NCBI RefSeq assembly: GCF_016027715.1
Contig: NZ_CP065691.1
Span: 753,954-777,953, forward strand
DNA length: 24,000 bases
Direction: 5' to 3'
From: Lactococcus garvieae
GTDB taxonomy: Bacteria; Bacillota; Bacilli; Lactobacillales; Streptococcaceae
Numbering within the stretch: the stretch's first letter is position 1; every line of letters begins with the position of its first letter. The notes beneath the pieces are model-generated. The model was given only the letters and a program-made list of their open reading frames with translations, made no database searches and had not been told where the DNA came from. The translations under genes were made by a program, and so were the position numbers. Positions 9,136 to 18,137 of this stretch are shown here, piece after piece.

Positions 9136-10482
9136 TTATGCTTGCATACTTTCTTGTAAGCTTTGCTCCATGGTTTCATGACGACTTACTTGTTCTGCTG
9201 CCATTTCAAGTTCATATTCTTTTTTATCTGCAATTTTAATAAATGGATACCACATAACAATACCAATCAGCATACTAATAACCATCAAGATTGTATAATT
9301 TAGTCCACCTGAGAGAGGCATTTTTACAAAGACAGGTGTAGTCCATGGCAAAAGACTCATTGTCGGATTAAGATTGATTGGTAAAATGGTAGTTGTTAAC
9401 CCCCAAGTCACAAAACCAGCAATTAACTGTGTGAACACTTGCGGAATAAAGAAGATTGGATTTAAAATGATTGGCATACCAAACATAATTGGTTCTGTAA
9501 TATTAAACAATGAAGGAATGAAAGAGAGTTTACCTAACTGTTTCATTTTGGCTGATTTGCTACGAATCATGAAGAAAGTGACAAAGCCCATAAATCCAGC
9601 TGCGTACATACCCATGTAGATCACTGATGGGATAAGGAAAGGAAGGTCTTCACCTTTTTGAAATGCGCCAATATTTGTGACAATCATTGTCATTGTAATC
9701 ATTCCCAAAGGACCTTGTAAAACGGCATTATGGATACCAAAGAACCAAAGGATAGCTAATATTTCCATAATAAGGATAATTGACAAAGGACTAGCTGCCA
9801 ATGAGTTGAGTGGGGCACTGACTACATCAATGAAGAATTGGAAGATTGAACCTGAAGCTGTAAATCCAAAGGCCACACGTAAAGCAAAGACCAAAGTAAA
9901 GATAAGTGTAACTACAAAGACTGGTGCTAAAGATTGTGTAACCATCGGAGGAACACTTTCAGGAAGCTTAAGCATTATTTTCTTCTTAGAAAGAAAGGCG
10001 TACAGACGTGTCACTAAAAGTGCTGTTAACATCCCAATAAAGAGACCTTGACCACCCAAGAAGTCAAGTTTCAAAGCTCCAATAGCTTGAGTTACTTCCT
10101 TACCATCTTGTATCACCGTAGTTGAGATTGTTTGAGGCATGAGCATAATGAAACTTGCTAAAGAAATAAGGGCAGAATTTCGTTCATTTGCTCCCAGTTG
10201 CTTCGCATAAGAGTAAGCTAAACTATAGACCACATAGATTGAGAATACTCCAGTAGCACCATTTGTGATTGCCTCTACATGGGGATAAATTCCAATCTTA
10301 GTTAAAAATTCAATCCATGCAGGAATCGGGAAATTACCGATGATTGTAATAAAGGCTATACCCAATGTAATTGGACTGGTACGAATAAAGCCTTCCATAA
10401 GTGCGGCTAAAACTTTATTTTGCTGTAAGCGTGAAGCTACCGGCATCAATTTGTCATTTAGAAAAACTTCTAATTTGCTCAT
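9136..10482 (-). CDS. PTS sugar transporter subunit IIC (lactose/cellobiose family); no IIA or IIB in the operon
   Basis: 448-aa polytopic membrane protein with the N-terminus typical of cellobiose-type EIIC (LNDKLMPVASRLQQNKVLAALMEGFIRTSPITLG). AGGAG SD upstream of ATG 10482. Confidence 0.85.
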   Translation of the reverse strand: MSKLEVFLNDKLMPVASRLQQNKVLAALMEGFIRTSPITLGIAFITIIGNFPIPAWIEFLTKIGIYPHVEAITNGATGVFSIYVVYSLAYSYAKQLGANERNSALISLASFIMLMPQTISTTVIQDGKEVTQAIGALKLDFLGGQGLFIGMLTALLVTRLYAFLSKKKIMLKLPESVPPMVTQSLAPVFVVTLIFTLVFALRVAFGFTASGSIFQFFIDVVSAPLNSLAASPLSIILIMEILAILWFFGIHNAVLQGPLGMITMTMIVTNIGAFQKGEDLPFLIPSVIYMGMYAAGFMGFVTFFMIRSKSAKMKQLGKLSFIPSLFNITEPIMFGMPIILNPIFFIPQVFTQLIAGFVTWGLTTTILPINLNPTMSLLPWTTPVFVKMPLSGGLNYTILMVISMLIGIVMWYPFIKIADKKEYELEMAAEQVSRHETMEQSLQESMQA

Positions 10483-10511
10483 TTTATACTCCTAATATTT
10501 ATTTCTAATAG

Positions 10512-12734
10512 TTATAACGATATAATTAATTCTTCTTCCTGCCCATATGCAACAAGATAGAAACCAAATTTCCCTGATTCAAAGTGCCATTCACCTTGAT
10601 TATCAGAAAATGAAAGATCTTCCTTTGTAAGAGTAACAGCCAATTCTTCTTTTGCGCGTGGCTCTATTTTTATAAATTGACTCGCAACTAATTTTCGGAA
10701 AGGTTGGACGATCGATGCAGTCATATCTCTCATATAAAGATGAACCACTGCATGGGTTGTCTCATCCGACAGATTTTCGAGTTGGTAAGCTAACTCTATC
10801 TGGTTGCTCTCTGTAAAGGAGATGTTTTCCATATTTTTCAGCCATTTTACATCAACTTGATTGTAAGTAAGGCCTGTTCCAAATGCGTACAGGGGATCAT
10901 TAGACTCATCACTGTATTTGGAAACAAATCGTATGTTTTTGTTTTCTTCATTCAAAGGTCGTCCTGTAGTATTTTGCGCATGATAAATAGGAATTTGACC
11001 TTCACTTCTTGGGAATGTCATCGTAAGCTTAGCGCTGGGACTCGCTTGACCACTCAGTAAGTTTGCGATACCTGTACCACCCATCGTTCCTGGGTACCAC
11101 ACTAAAAGTAAACTTGAGAAGTAAGGTTCAACTTCTGTCAATACCAGCGGACGTCCTGTATAGAGAAGGCCGATGATTGGTTTATCTAATTGAGCGAGTG
11201 CTTTGATGAGACGAAGTTGCTTATCTGGCAAGGAAAGCTTAGCCTTAGAGGCACCTTCCCCACTCTCTAAAAATTGTTCCCCAATCGTCAAAAGAATAAC
11301 ATCGGAATTTTCAGCAACTTCTAGTGCCTCTTCAATCAGCTCTTTCTCATCCCCAATCGGGCCGTTTAAATACTCAATCCCCGCCTTGAGTGGGCCAAAA
11401 CTCTCATAGGAATCAAACAAGTTATAGCCTGTAGCAAATGTAAGATTTTCTTTCGCAAAGTTATTTTCTAACCCCTCTTTTAAAGTAACAGTATCTTGCG
11501 CTTTACCACTGACCGAGGCCCAGAAACCGAGAGTGAACTTGCTTTTTCCATAGGGACCAATGACAGCTATTTTTTGCTGAGCACTCAAAGGAAGAGTGTT
11601 CTCCTTATTTTTCAACAAGACACAACTTTTTTCAACGAGTTCAACAGCTGTTTCTTTAGCTTCCGCTGTAAGAAACTCGCCTGTATTTTCTTGATCGAGC
11701 CCTCGAAAAGGATTTTCAAAAAGTCCCAGCTTATTTTTGAGCTCTAGAATACGCCATACTGCTTCATCAAGAAGGTCTTCATCTACTTCTCCTGATAAAA
11801 TCAGAGGCTCTAAACCATTTGCATAAACCGAAGTCATCATATCAAAGTCCACACCCGCCTCAATTGAAGCTTTGGCAGATTCTTCTTGACTTGCTGTGAA
11901 ACCATGTGCTTGTAATTCCTCAGTAGCTGAATGATCTGAAACCAAAAGTCCTGAGAAGTTAAATTTTTCTCTTAGAATATCTCGGTTCAGCCACTTATTC
12001 CCTGTCGAAGGCACACCATTTAATACATTAAATGCTGTCATCACAAGCAATGCATTGGCTTCAATTGCTGCTTGGTAGGTTGGAAGATATTCATTAAACA
12101 GTCGTTGGTTGGACATATCTACTGTGTTATACTCACGCCCAGCTTCAGGTGCACCATATGCCGCAAAGTGCTTTATACAAGCTGCCACATGGTTTTCCGA
12201 GACATAATCTTTAACCTGACCTTGATAGCCTGTCACCACACTTTTCGCAAATTCCTTTCCAGTATAAACATCCTCACCTGGCGATTCCATCACGCGCCCC
12301 CATCTCGGATCTCTGGATAAGTCCAGCATAGGAGAAAATACACAATGAATGCCACTCAAATAACTCTCTTTAGCCGTGACTTCAGCTGCTTTTTGAATGA
12401 GGTCAAAATCATAAGATCCTGCTTGAGCCAGAGGCAAGGGAAATATCGTGCGAAAGCCATAAATAATATCTGACATGAAGAGCAGTGGAATCCCATGAGA
12501 ACTCTCTTTAATTGCCTGCTCTTGAATAATTCTTAACTTTTCAGGATCATTCACATTATAAATCGATCCTACTTGGTGAATATCAAAATTATCAGGGAGT
12601 CCCAAATCCTTAAGGGGGCCGGTCGGCATAACACCACTATCGGTGAACAAATCTCCGTTTAACTGAACAGTCTGTGCAATTTTTTCTTTTAAGCTCAAAG
12701 TATTAAATTTTTCTTTTAGCTTATTTTCTTCCAT
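10512..12734 (-). CDS. GH3 beta-glucosidase (BglX-like), cytoplasmic
   Basis: 740 aa with no signal peptide. GH3 motifs DPRWGR, KHFAAYG and nucleophile region GLLVSDHSA, plus a C-terminal Fn3-like domain. AGGAGA SD upstream. Confidence 0.85.
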   Translation of the reverse strand: MEENKLKEKFNTLSLKEKIAQTVQLNGDLFTDSGVMPTGPLKDLGLPDNFDIHQVGSIYNVNDPEKLRIIQEQAIKESSHGIPLLFMSDIIYGFRTIFPLPLAQAGSYDFDLIQKAAEVTAKESYLSGIHCVFSPMLDLSRDPRWGRVMESPGEDVYTGKEFAKSVVTGYQGQVKDYVSENHVAACIKHFAAYGAPEAGREYNTVDMSNQRLFNEYLPTYQAAIEANALLVMTAFNVLNGVPSTGNKWLNRDILREKFNFSGLLVSDHSATEELQAHGFTASQEESAKASIEAGVDFDMMTSVYANGLEPLILSGEVDEDLLDEAVWRILELKNKLGLFENPFRGLDQENTGEFLTAEAKETAVELVEKSCVLLKNKENTLPLSAQQKIAVIGPYGKSKFTLGFWASVSGKAQDTVTLKEGLENNFAKENLTFATGYNLFDSYESFGPLKAGIEYLNGPIGDEKELIEEALEVAENSDVILLTIGEQFLESGEGASKAKLSLPDKQLRLIKALAQLDKPIIGLLYTGRPLVLTEVEPYFSSLLLVWYPGTMGGTGIANLLSGQASPSAKLTMTFPRSEGQIPIYHAQNTTGRPLNEENKNIRFVSKYSDESNDPLYAFGTGLTYNQVDVKWLKNMENISFTESNQIELAYQLENLSDETTHAVVHLYMRDMTASIVQPFRKLVASQFIKIEPRAKEELAVTLTKEDLSFSDNQGEWHFESGKFGFYLVAYGQEEELIISL

Positions 12735-12757
12735 CTATGTCTCTCCTTTTTTTATTT

Positions 12758-12775
12758 AAAAAAGCGCTTTCTTTA
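12758..12775 (-). promoter_or_regulatory. cre-like / operator palindrome upstream of the GH3 operon
   Basis: AAAAAAGCGCTTTCTT is centred on a GCGC core, with 8 of 9 symmetric pairs. One half-site (AGAAAGCG) is close to the CcpA cre half-site TGAAAGCG. It sits between a minus-strand TATAAT (12781-12786) and the RBS. Confidence 0.3.
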
Positions 12776-12882
12776 AATTAATTATAGTTTCTTTTGACTT
12801 CTTTTTATATAATATTTTTCGTATTTATATCAAAAAACATGTAAAGGGTTACATAAATTATTTTTTTACACTTATGCAATAC

Positions 12883-12917
12883 AAAAAGAGAGCGATGAGT
12901 TGAATCCCTCTCTTTTA
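12883..12917 (-). terminator. Rho-independent terminator of the esterase gene
   Basis: AGAGAGCGAT (12887-12896) pairs with ATCCCTCTCT (12904-12913) with one mismatch and a 7-nt loop. On the minus strand it is followed by TTTTTG. Confidence 0.6.
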
Positions 12918-12926
12918 TAAGTTATT

Positions 12927-13943
12927 CTATTTATCTTTATATTCTCTCACGAACTCCAAGGTTTGTCGGTAACATTCTTGGGATTCTTTGAGTGAGTAGT
13001 CAAACTGATACTCGTGCGTAATCTCTTTTTCTAAATCTTTATAAAACAAGCCACGTACAGGAACCTTTAATTCCTTCAACTTCTTCTCAAAGGCAATCCC
13101 TTGATCTTGAAAAGAGTAGGCATTCCCATCAGTAATATAAGTTGCTGGAAAATCTGAGGTTAAGTGATTTACAATACTTATCTCGTCCAGTTTTGGGCTG
13201 TCCTGCCAGTTCTTAGTTCCGATTTCTGCCCAAGCGACAGTGGTTACAAAGAATTTCATGAATTGACTACTTGAGCGAACATTGGTCATCTGTGTGAGAT
13301 TCACAGGTCCACAGTAAGATATTGCACCCTTCAGTACTTTTTTATCTAAATCTTGTGGCACGCCTACATCTTTTCCATAGCTTGCATTTGTCTGTGTTGC
13401 AGCATACTGAAGAGCAATCTGTGAGCCGGCACTGTCGCCACCAAGCATAATTTTAGACAGGTCTAAAAACTTGTATTTCTCTTTTTTTAAGCTCTGAACT
13501 AGCTCACTGAGCTGCATGACTTGATTGGGATAGCCTGACTCAGGTGCTGTCTCATAATTCATAGATAAAACGGCAATATGTGCATCCGCAGCTAATCGAG
13601 TAGCAAATTCCTGAGTGCCTTTTTTATCGCCACCGACAAAACCGCCACCATGCACCCAAATCAAAACAGGAAGCGCTTCTTGGCTTTGCTTAGGGTAGTA
13701 TATATCGTAGGAATTATCTTTAAAACGTGACGCATAGCTTTGATCTTGCACAGTCGTAATCTTTTCCTGAGCTTTTCGGTAAGATTCAGGTGCAGTAATT
13801 TGTACTTCAGAGTTAAACATATGACGAATAATCCAAACGCCTGGTTTAGGCGAGACATTAAATGCAATCACCACTAATAAGAACAATCCTACTACAATAC
13901 CCAAAAACCATAACAGGCCTTTCAACAGTACTTTTTTATACAT
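12927..13943 (-). CDS. Membrane-anchored or exported alpha/beta hydrolase (family IV/HSL-type esterase)
   Basis: N-terminal TM/signal segment (LLWFLGIVVGLFLLVVIAF), HGGGF oxyanion motif (WVHGGGFVGG) and nucleophile GDSAGSQIA. Confidence 0.8.
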   Translation of the reverse strand: MYKKVLLKGLLWFLGIVVGLFLLVVIAFNVSPKPGVWIIRHMFNSEVQITAPESYRKAQEKITTVQDQSYASRFKDNSYDIYYPKQSQEALPVLIWVHGGGFVGGDKKGTQEFATRLAADAHIAVLSMNYETAPESGYPNQVMQLSELVQSLKKEKYKFLDLSKIMLGGDSAGSQIALQYAATQTNASYGKDVGVPQDLDKKVLKGAISYCGPVNLTQMTNVRSSSQFMKFFVTTVAWAEIGTKNWQDSPKLDEISIVNHLTSDFPATYITDGNAYSFQDQGIAFEKKLKELKVPVRGLFYKDLEKEITHEYQFDYSLKESQECYRQTLEFVREYKDK

Positions 13944-14029
13944 AATCTTTTTAATAAATCCTCTCTTTTTCGTCGATTAAGTATACCATGAAAAATATAT
14001 TAAATACAACTATCAATTAGAAACTTTTT

Positions 14030-14057
14030 TTGATTAAGGTTTATTTTATGTTAAAAT
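14030..14057 (+). promoter_or_regulatory. Candidate sigma-A promoter of the AraC regulator gene
   Basis: TTGATT (14030-14035), 16 nt spacer, then extended -10 TGtTAAAAT (14049-14057). It lies about 35 nt upstream of the start codon. Confidence 0.4.
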
Positions 14058-14093
14058 ATAACATGAAAAAAGTTTTGGAAAGAAGTAACATTG

Positions 14094-15266
14094 ATGGATT
14101 ATGAGGCTCTACTATTCGTTACAAAACAGCTCTATTATAAGTACTTGATTCCTTTTGTGGTTATTAACGATGCAGATGAAATAATCATTCCTAAAAAAGT
14201 CGATTATTTAGAAAGCTACCTCACAAGTCCTTATCTCAAACAGATGGTGAAAGGTCAGATTTCTTTGTTTGAAGATAAGGATCATTTTTTCAGCAGTTTT
14301 TATTGCGACTTACTGGAATATAAAAATTGTAGAGTCTTAATAGGTCCCTGTGGCATACTTGGTACAGCAACAGAGTCTTATAAGTTTAATAATCACAATT
14401 ATTTAGCAGGTGTGCATTACTCCAAAGAGAGTCGAAAGACCTTTATGGACTTTGTAGAGCTCTTGTATGCTCTGCTCAATGGAAAGCTCCCCGACAGTAC
14501 TAATTATAAATGGATTGTACGTCAAAAACTCAGCAAGGCACATACCGATGTTATTTTAGAAAAAAACCTGTCCCTCAGACGTTACGACGGTTCTTCATTT
14601 GACTCCTATGAGTTTGAAAAAAGATATATCGAGGCTATTAAACGAAATGAACCTGAAAAATTAGAGTGGATTTTCAAGAAAATGAACAGTACCTATGATG
14701 CTGAACTCTCAACAAGTAAACTCGAAGCTTTAAAGTATAAATATGCCTCATTAATTGCGATACTCACTCGAGTGAGTATTAGTAATGGTGTACCGATACT
14801 TCAAGCATATAGTTTATCTGACTCGCTGATTCAAAAATTACAGCGTATTCACTCTACTCATGAATGCCTAGCGCATATAAAAGAAAGTTCTTTCCTCTTT
14901 ATGGAGCTCATACATAGCTTCCCATACTCCGAGAAAAGCCATCTTGTCAAGCAAGTCTTATACTATATCGACGATCATCTGTATGAGCAGATTACACTGA
15001 AAAACTTATCTGATTATACGCAAAAAAACGCCACTCACTTGTCTACAGAGTTCAAAAAAGCCGTGGGACACACGATACATAAATATATTATTCAGAAAAA
15101 AATTGCTGAGGCAAAACATCTCTTGCTGTTTACATCCCAAAGCTATAAGGAAATTGCTCTGCAGCTCAGCTTCTCTAGCCAAAGTCATTTCATCCAGAGC
15201 TTTAAACGTATCGAAGACATGACACCTTTAGAGTTTAGAAACAAGTATTTTTCATCAATTTTCTGA
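14094..15266 (+). CDS. AraC family transcriptional regulator, divergent from the glycoside/esterase genes
   Basis: C-terminal double HTH typical of AraC/XylS (LKNLSDYTQKNATHLSTEFKK...YKEIALQLSFSSQSHFIQSFKR). The N-terminal roughly 270 aa is a non-obvious sensor domain. Start is ATG 14094 or the adjacent TTG 14091. Confidence 0.85.
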   Translation: MDYEALLFVTKQLYYKYLIPFVVINDADEIIIPKKVDYLESYLTSPYLKQMVKGQISLFEDKDHFFSSFYCDLLEYKNCRVLIGPCGILGTATESYKFNNHNYLAGVHYSKESRKTFMDFVELLYALLNGKLPDSTNYKWIVRQKLSKAHTDVILEKNLSLRRYDGSSFDSYEFEKRYIEAIKRNEPEKLEWIFKKMNSTYDAELSTSKLEALKYKYASLIAILTRVSISNGVPILQAYSLSDSLIQKLQRIHSTHECLAHIKESSFLFMELIHSFPYSEKSHLVKQVLYYIDDHLYEQITLKNLSDYTQKNATHLSTEFKKAVGHTIHKYIIQKKIAEAKHLLLFTSQSYKEIALQLSFSSQSHFIQSFKRIEDMTPLEFRNKYFSSIF

Positions 15267-15299
15267 TCAGCACGCTGCTCAAAAACTGTCAAAATATCA

Positions 15300-15333
15300 T
15301 AAAAAACCTTGAAACTGAATCAAGGTTTTTTTG
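15300..15333. terminator. Bidirectional rho-independent terminator between convergent genes
   Basis: AAAAAACCTTGA-AACTGAA-TCAAGGTTTTTTT. The 8-bp perfect stem is flanked by an A-run and a T-run. Confidence 0.75.
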
Positions 15334-15373
15334 TCGTTTATTTTATTATGAATAACAGAGAGAAAACTATCCA

Positions 15374-16144
15374 CTAAATATCATAAAAAGGATTGGTATT
15401 CACTTTGCTTTCTAATATCTCTACCTCTGGAGTAAAGCCTTTTAATTTTTCAGAAACCTTGGGGATGAATAAATGTTCCAAGTAATGCCCAGGGTCAAGC
15501 CCAATCAGACCTTGGGAAAGCTGATCATGCCCAGCATGATAATATATGTCTCCCGTGATATAGATGTCCGCACCTTTCGCCTTAGCATCGGGCCAAAACT
15601 TGCCACCACTACCCCCACATATAGCAACACGACGAATCATTTGCTCCAGTGAGTGGTCATACGTAACCAGACGTATGTGGTCTAAGTTGAAAGCTTGCTT
15701 CATCTTCTCAGAAAAAGCAGCCAAGTTCATCGGTTCAATATTCCCGACACGTCCCAGTCCCTCTTCCGTCAAAACTTCTGTATCCTGTATCTCCAAAAGT
15801 TCACAGAACCAGTCATTAAGACCGCCATCTACGACATCGATATTCGTATGACTGGTGTACACAGCGATACCAGCTTTAGCCAAGTCAAGTACAATCTTCT
15901 CTTGACTGTCCGCATCTGTTAAGTTTGTCAGAGGACGAAAGATCACTGGATGCTTCGCTAATATCAGGTCGACACCATTTTCAATCGCTTCAAGAACAGT
16001 CTGTTCACGAATATCCAGTGCAACTAAAACTTTCTTTACCTCAGCATCTAAGGAACCAATCTGTAACCCTACAGGATCTCCCTCGACTGCCAGCTCTTTC
16101 GGACAAAACTCTTCATACAAGGATACAAAATCTCTGATTTTCAT
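15374..16144 (-). CDS. Nif3-like dinuclear metal centre protein (YqfO/NIF3 family)
   Basis: 256 aa with DPVGLQIG, AKHPVIFRP, YTSHTNIDV and a C-terminal ITGD...GH motif. The 4-nt ATGA overlap with trmK matches the conserved yqfN-yqfO pairing. Confidence 0.85.
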   Translation of the reverse strand: MKIRDFVSLYEEFCPKELAVEGDPVGLQIGSLDAEVKKVLVALDIREQTVLEAIENGVDLILAKHPVIFRPLTNLTDADSQEKIVLDLAKAGIAVYTSHTNIDVVDGGLNDWFCELLEIQDTEVLTEEGLGRVGNIEPMNLAAFSEKMKQAFNLDHIRLVTYDHSLEQMIRRVAICGGSGGKFWPDAKAKGADIYITGDIYYHAGHDQLSQGLIGLDPGHYLEHLFIPKVSEKLKGFTPEVEILESKVNTNPFYDI

Positions 16145-16818
16145 TGTAGAACTCCTTCTATCTTTTCTTTTTCTGCTTGTACTTCTGCCCGTTTTTCGTG
16201 GTTTTCGGGGAGTCGCTCTAATATCTTGTTTAAAGTGTTTAATTCTTTATTCCATTTTGTACGGAAAACGTCGGACTTTTCTTGAGACAGGTAGGGACCA
16301 AAGGTGAGCTCTGTTTCATTCAAGCTCGACTTGCCATGCTGAGCCACAATAATCTCATATATTTTTCCTGCTTCAAGGAGGATTTTTTCGGATGTGATAG
16401 AGAAATCATTCGCCATCAACCACGCACGTAGACTCTCCTCATGATTATTGGGCTGTAAAACAAGTTGCTCAACCTTACTTAGTTTTTCTTTTCCCGCTTC
16501 CAAAATCTCAGAAATTAATATCCCACCCATGCCAGCAATGACAATGCTCGAGATTTCATCTGCTTCTTCAAAAGCTGCTAAACCATTGGCGAGTCTTACT
16601 TCTATTTTGTCTTGTAAATTTTGTTCATGCACATGATTTTGAGCTATCTGATAAGGGCCTTTGACCACTTCTCCAGCAATAGCAAAGCCTATCCTCTCTT
16701 GTTGAACTAGGTAGGTAGGAAGATAAGCATGGTCGCTTCCCACATCAAGAAGTCGGCTACCTTGGGTTACAAGATCAGCTACAGCTTGAAGACGTTTTGA
16801 GAGTTTTATTTCATTCAT
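16141..16818 (-). CDS. trmK: tRNA (adenine(22)-N1)-methyltransferase TrmK
   Basis: 225 aa beginning LSKRLQAVADLV..LLDVGSDHAYLP, with IAGMGG. Conserved position upstream of nif3. Confidence 0.85.
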   Translation of the reverse strand: MNEIKLSKRLQAVADLVTQGSRLLDVGSDHAYLPTYLVQQERIGFAIAGEVVKGPYQIAQNHVHEQNLQDKIEVRLANGLAAFEEADEISSIVIAGMGGILISEILEAGKEKLSKVEQLVLQPNNHEESLRAWLMANDFSITSEKILLEAGKIYEIIVAQHGKSSLNETELTFGPYLSQEKSDVFRTKWNKELNTLNKILERLPENHEKRAEVQAEKEKIEGVLQ

Positions 16819-17455
16819 TTAATTTTTTCTTTCCAAATTTGCAGTATTCGAGAACAGGACATTCTTCACATTTGGGGGCACGAGCTGTACAGTGATAACG
16901 TCCAAAAAAGATAAGATGATGATGTGTTTTCACCCAGCGGTCTTCTGGGATAAGCCGCATCAGTTTTTCTTCTACTTCAAGTACGCTGGCCTTTTGGGGC
17001 ACGATATCTAACCGTTTAGATACACGTTCCACGTGAGTATCCACTGCGATACCCGGTATGCCATAGGTCTCCCCTAAAACAACATTGGCCGTTTTTCGCC
17101 CGACACCAGGTAAAGTTTGCAGCAGCTTTTTATCCCGAGGAAGTTCACCGTTAAAATCACGGACCAGCATTTGCGCTGTCTTTACGATATTTTTAGCCTT
17201 CGTTTTATAAAGTCCTATCGTTCGGATACATTGCTCCACATCTGCAATGTCTGCCTGTGCGAGACTTTCAGGATCAGGATATTTGGCAAAAAGAGCGGGA
17301 GTCGCTTTATTTACACCTTTATCCGTTGCTTGAGCAGATAAAATGGTCGCAATCAACAGCTGAAAGGGAGTCTCCCACTCCAGCTCTCCATGCGCTTCTG
17401 GGAACATCTTGACGATGATATCCAGAGCTTCCAAAAATTTTTTCTTACTTAGCAT
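16811..17455 (-). CDS. nth: Endonuclease III (DNA-(apurinic or apyrimidinic site) lyase)
   Basis: HhH-GPD motif LPGVGRKTANVV, catalytic-region DTHV, and C-terminal Fe-S cluster CX6CX2CX5C (CTARAPKCEECPVLEYC). Start set at ATG 17455 (MLSKKKFLEAL...), just after the dnaD stop; the 246-aa track ORF extends into dnaD. Confidence 0.9.
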   Translation of the reverse strand: MLSKKKFLEALDIIVKMFPEAHGELEWETPFQLLIATILSAQATDKGVNKATPALFAKYPDPESLAQADIADVEQCIRTIGLYKTKAKNIVKTAQMLVRDFNGELPRDKKLLQTLPGVGRKTANVVLGETYGIPGIAVDTHVERVSKRLDIVPQKASVLEVEEKLMRLIPEDRWVKTHHHLIFFGRYHCTARAPKCEECPVLEYCKFGKKKLNE

Positions 17456-17456
17456 A

Positions 17457-18131
17457 TTACTTTCCGTTCCAAGGACCATCCATAGGGATATAGAAGTCAG
17501 TAGTTTTATGACTCTGTGCGGTCTCTGTTCTTTCCTCTTTCCGTTGTTCAACAGCCTGAGTACTCATCAAACCATCATTACGCCAGTTCCGTAAAATGGC
17601 CTTGATATAGTTGAGCGATACCTTACGGTTGACCACCGCCTCACGGAGAGCCAGCTTGATAAGTTCAAGATCATACTTCTCTTCAAAAAGAAGAATGCGG
17701 AGTTCCTCACTCTGCATGGGCGTAATCATCCCCATCTCGGCTTCAAAAATATTTACCAGTTCTTGAAGCTGACCTTTATTTTGCAGTGGAGGATGCTCTT
17801 CTTCTTTTGCAGATTCATTCGTCAAGCCTGATAACTCATCCAGCCTTTTCAGAGCTGGTGTAACATCAAAGATCGTTTCCATATCCCCTGATATTTCTAA
17901 CAAGGTCACTTTAAGAGAGCCAAACTCCTGCAGCTTGTCAATACTGCGGTTGACATCTGAGAGTTTCTTGCCAATCTTTCCCGCAATATCACTCGGAGCA
18001 CTGTCTCGATTTTCATATAAATAAAGCCAAACCAAAAAGTCCTCTGCGGAAGGGAAAAGCTGGGCAAAATGCTCCAGCAAAGCATGAGGAAGAATGATGT
18101 GTCCAGCCATATAATTTTCGTAGTAGGTCAT
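17457..18131 (-). CDS. dnaD: Replication initiation / membrane attachment protein DnaD
   Basis: 224 aa with a C-terminal DnaD/DnaB_2 domain (ITPMQSEELRILLFEEKYDLELIKLALREAVVNRKVSLNYIKAILRNWRNDG). The conserved dnaD-nth adjacency of Firmicutes is present. Confidence 0.85.
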   Translation of the reverse strand: MTYYENYMAGHIILPHALLEHFAQLFPSAEDFLVWLYLYENRDSAPSDIAGKIGKKLSDVNRSIDKLQEFGSLKVTLLEISGDMETIFDVTPALKRLDELSGLTNESAKEEEHPPLQNKGQLQELVNIFEAEMGMITPMQSEELRILLFEEKYDLELIKLALREAVVNRKVSLNYIKAILRNWRNDGLMSTQAVEQRKEERTETAQSHKTTDFYIPMDGPWNGK

Positions 18132-18137
18132 TATATT

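Noticed and set aside
13973-14040. GATTAAG direct repeat (near 13974 and 14032) as AraC half-sites in the esterase/AraC divergent region
   Set aside because: It is only a 7-mer shared in very AT-rich DNA, about 57 bp apart, so chance is an adequate explanation without comparative data.
17456-17551. A 32-codon N-terminal extension of nth (track ORF 16811..17551)
   Set aside because: The extension overlaps the 3' end of dnaD in another frame. The endonuclease III homology begins at MLSKKKFLEAL, whose ATG (17455) sits right after the dnaD stop.
888-17594. Numerous 60-146-aa antisense or out-of-frame ORFs in the track (for example 888..1085, 1787..1975, 1836..2276, 2784..3044, 9374..10051, 10857..12320, 15564..16137, 17117..17594)
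   Set aside because: Each lies wholly inside a longer, motif-supported gene. They lack ribosome-binding sites and translate to low-complexity or Cys/Phe/Ser-rich junk typical of shadow ORFs.
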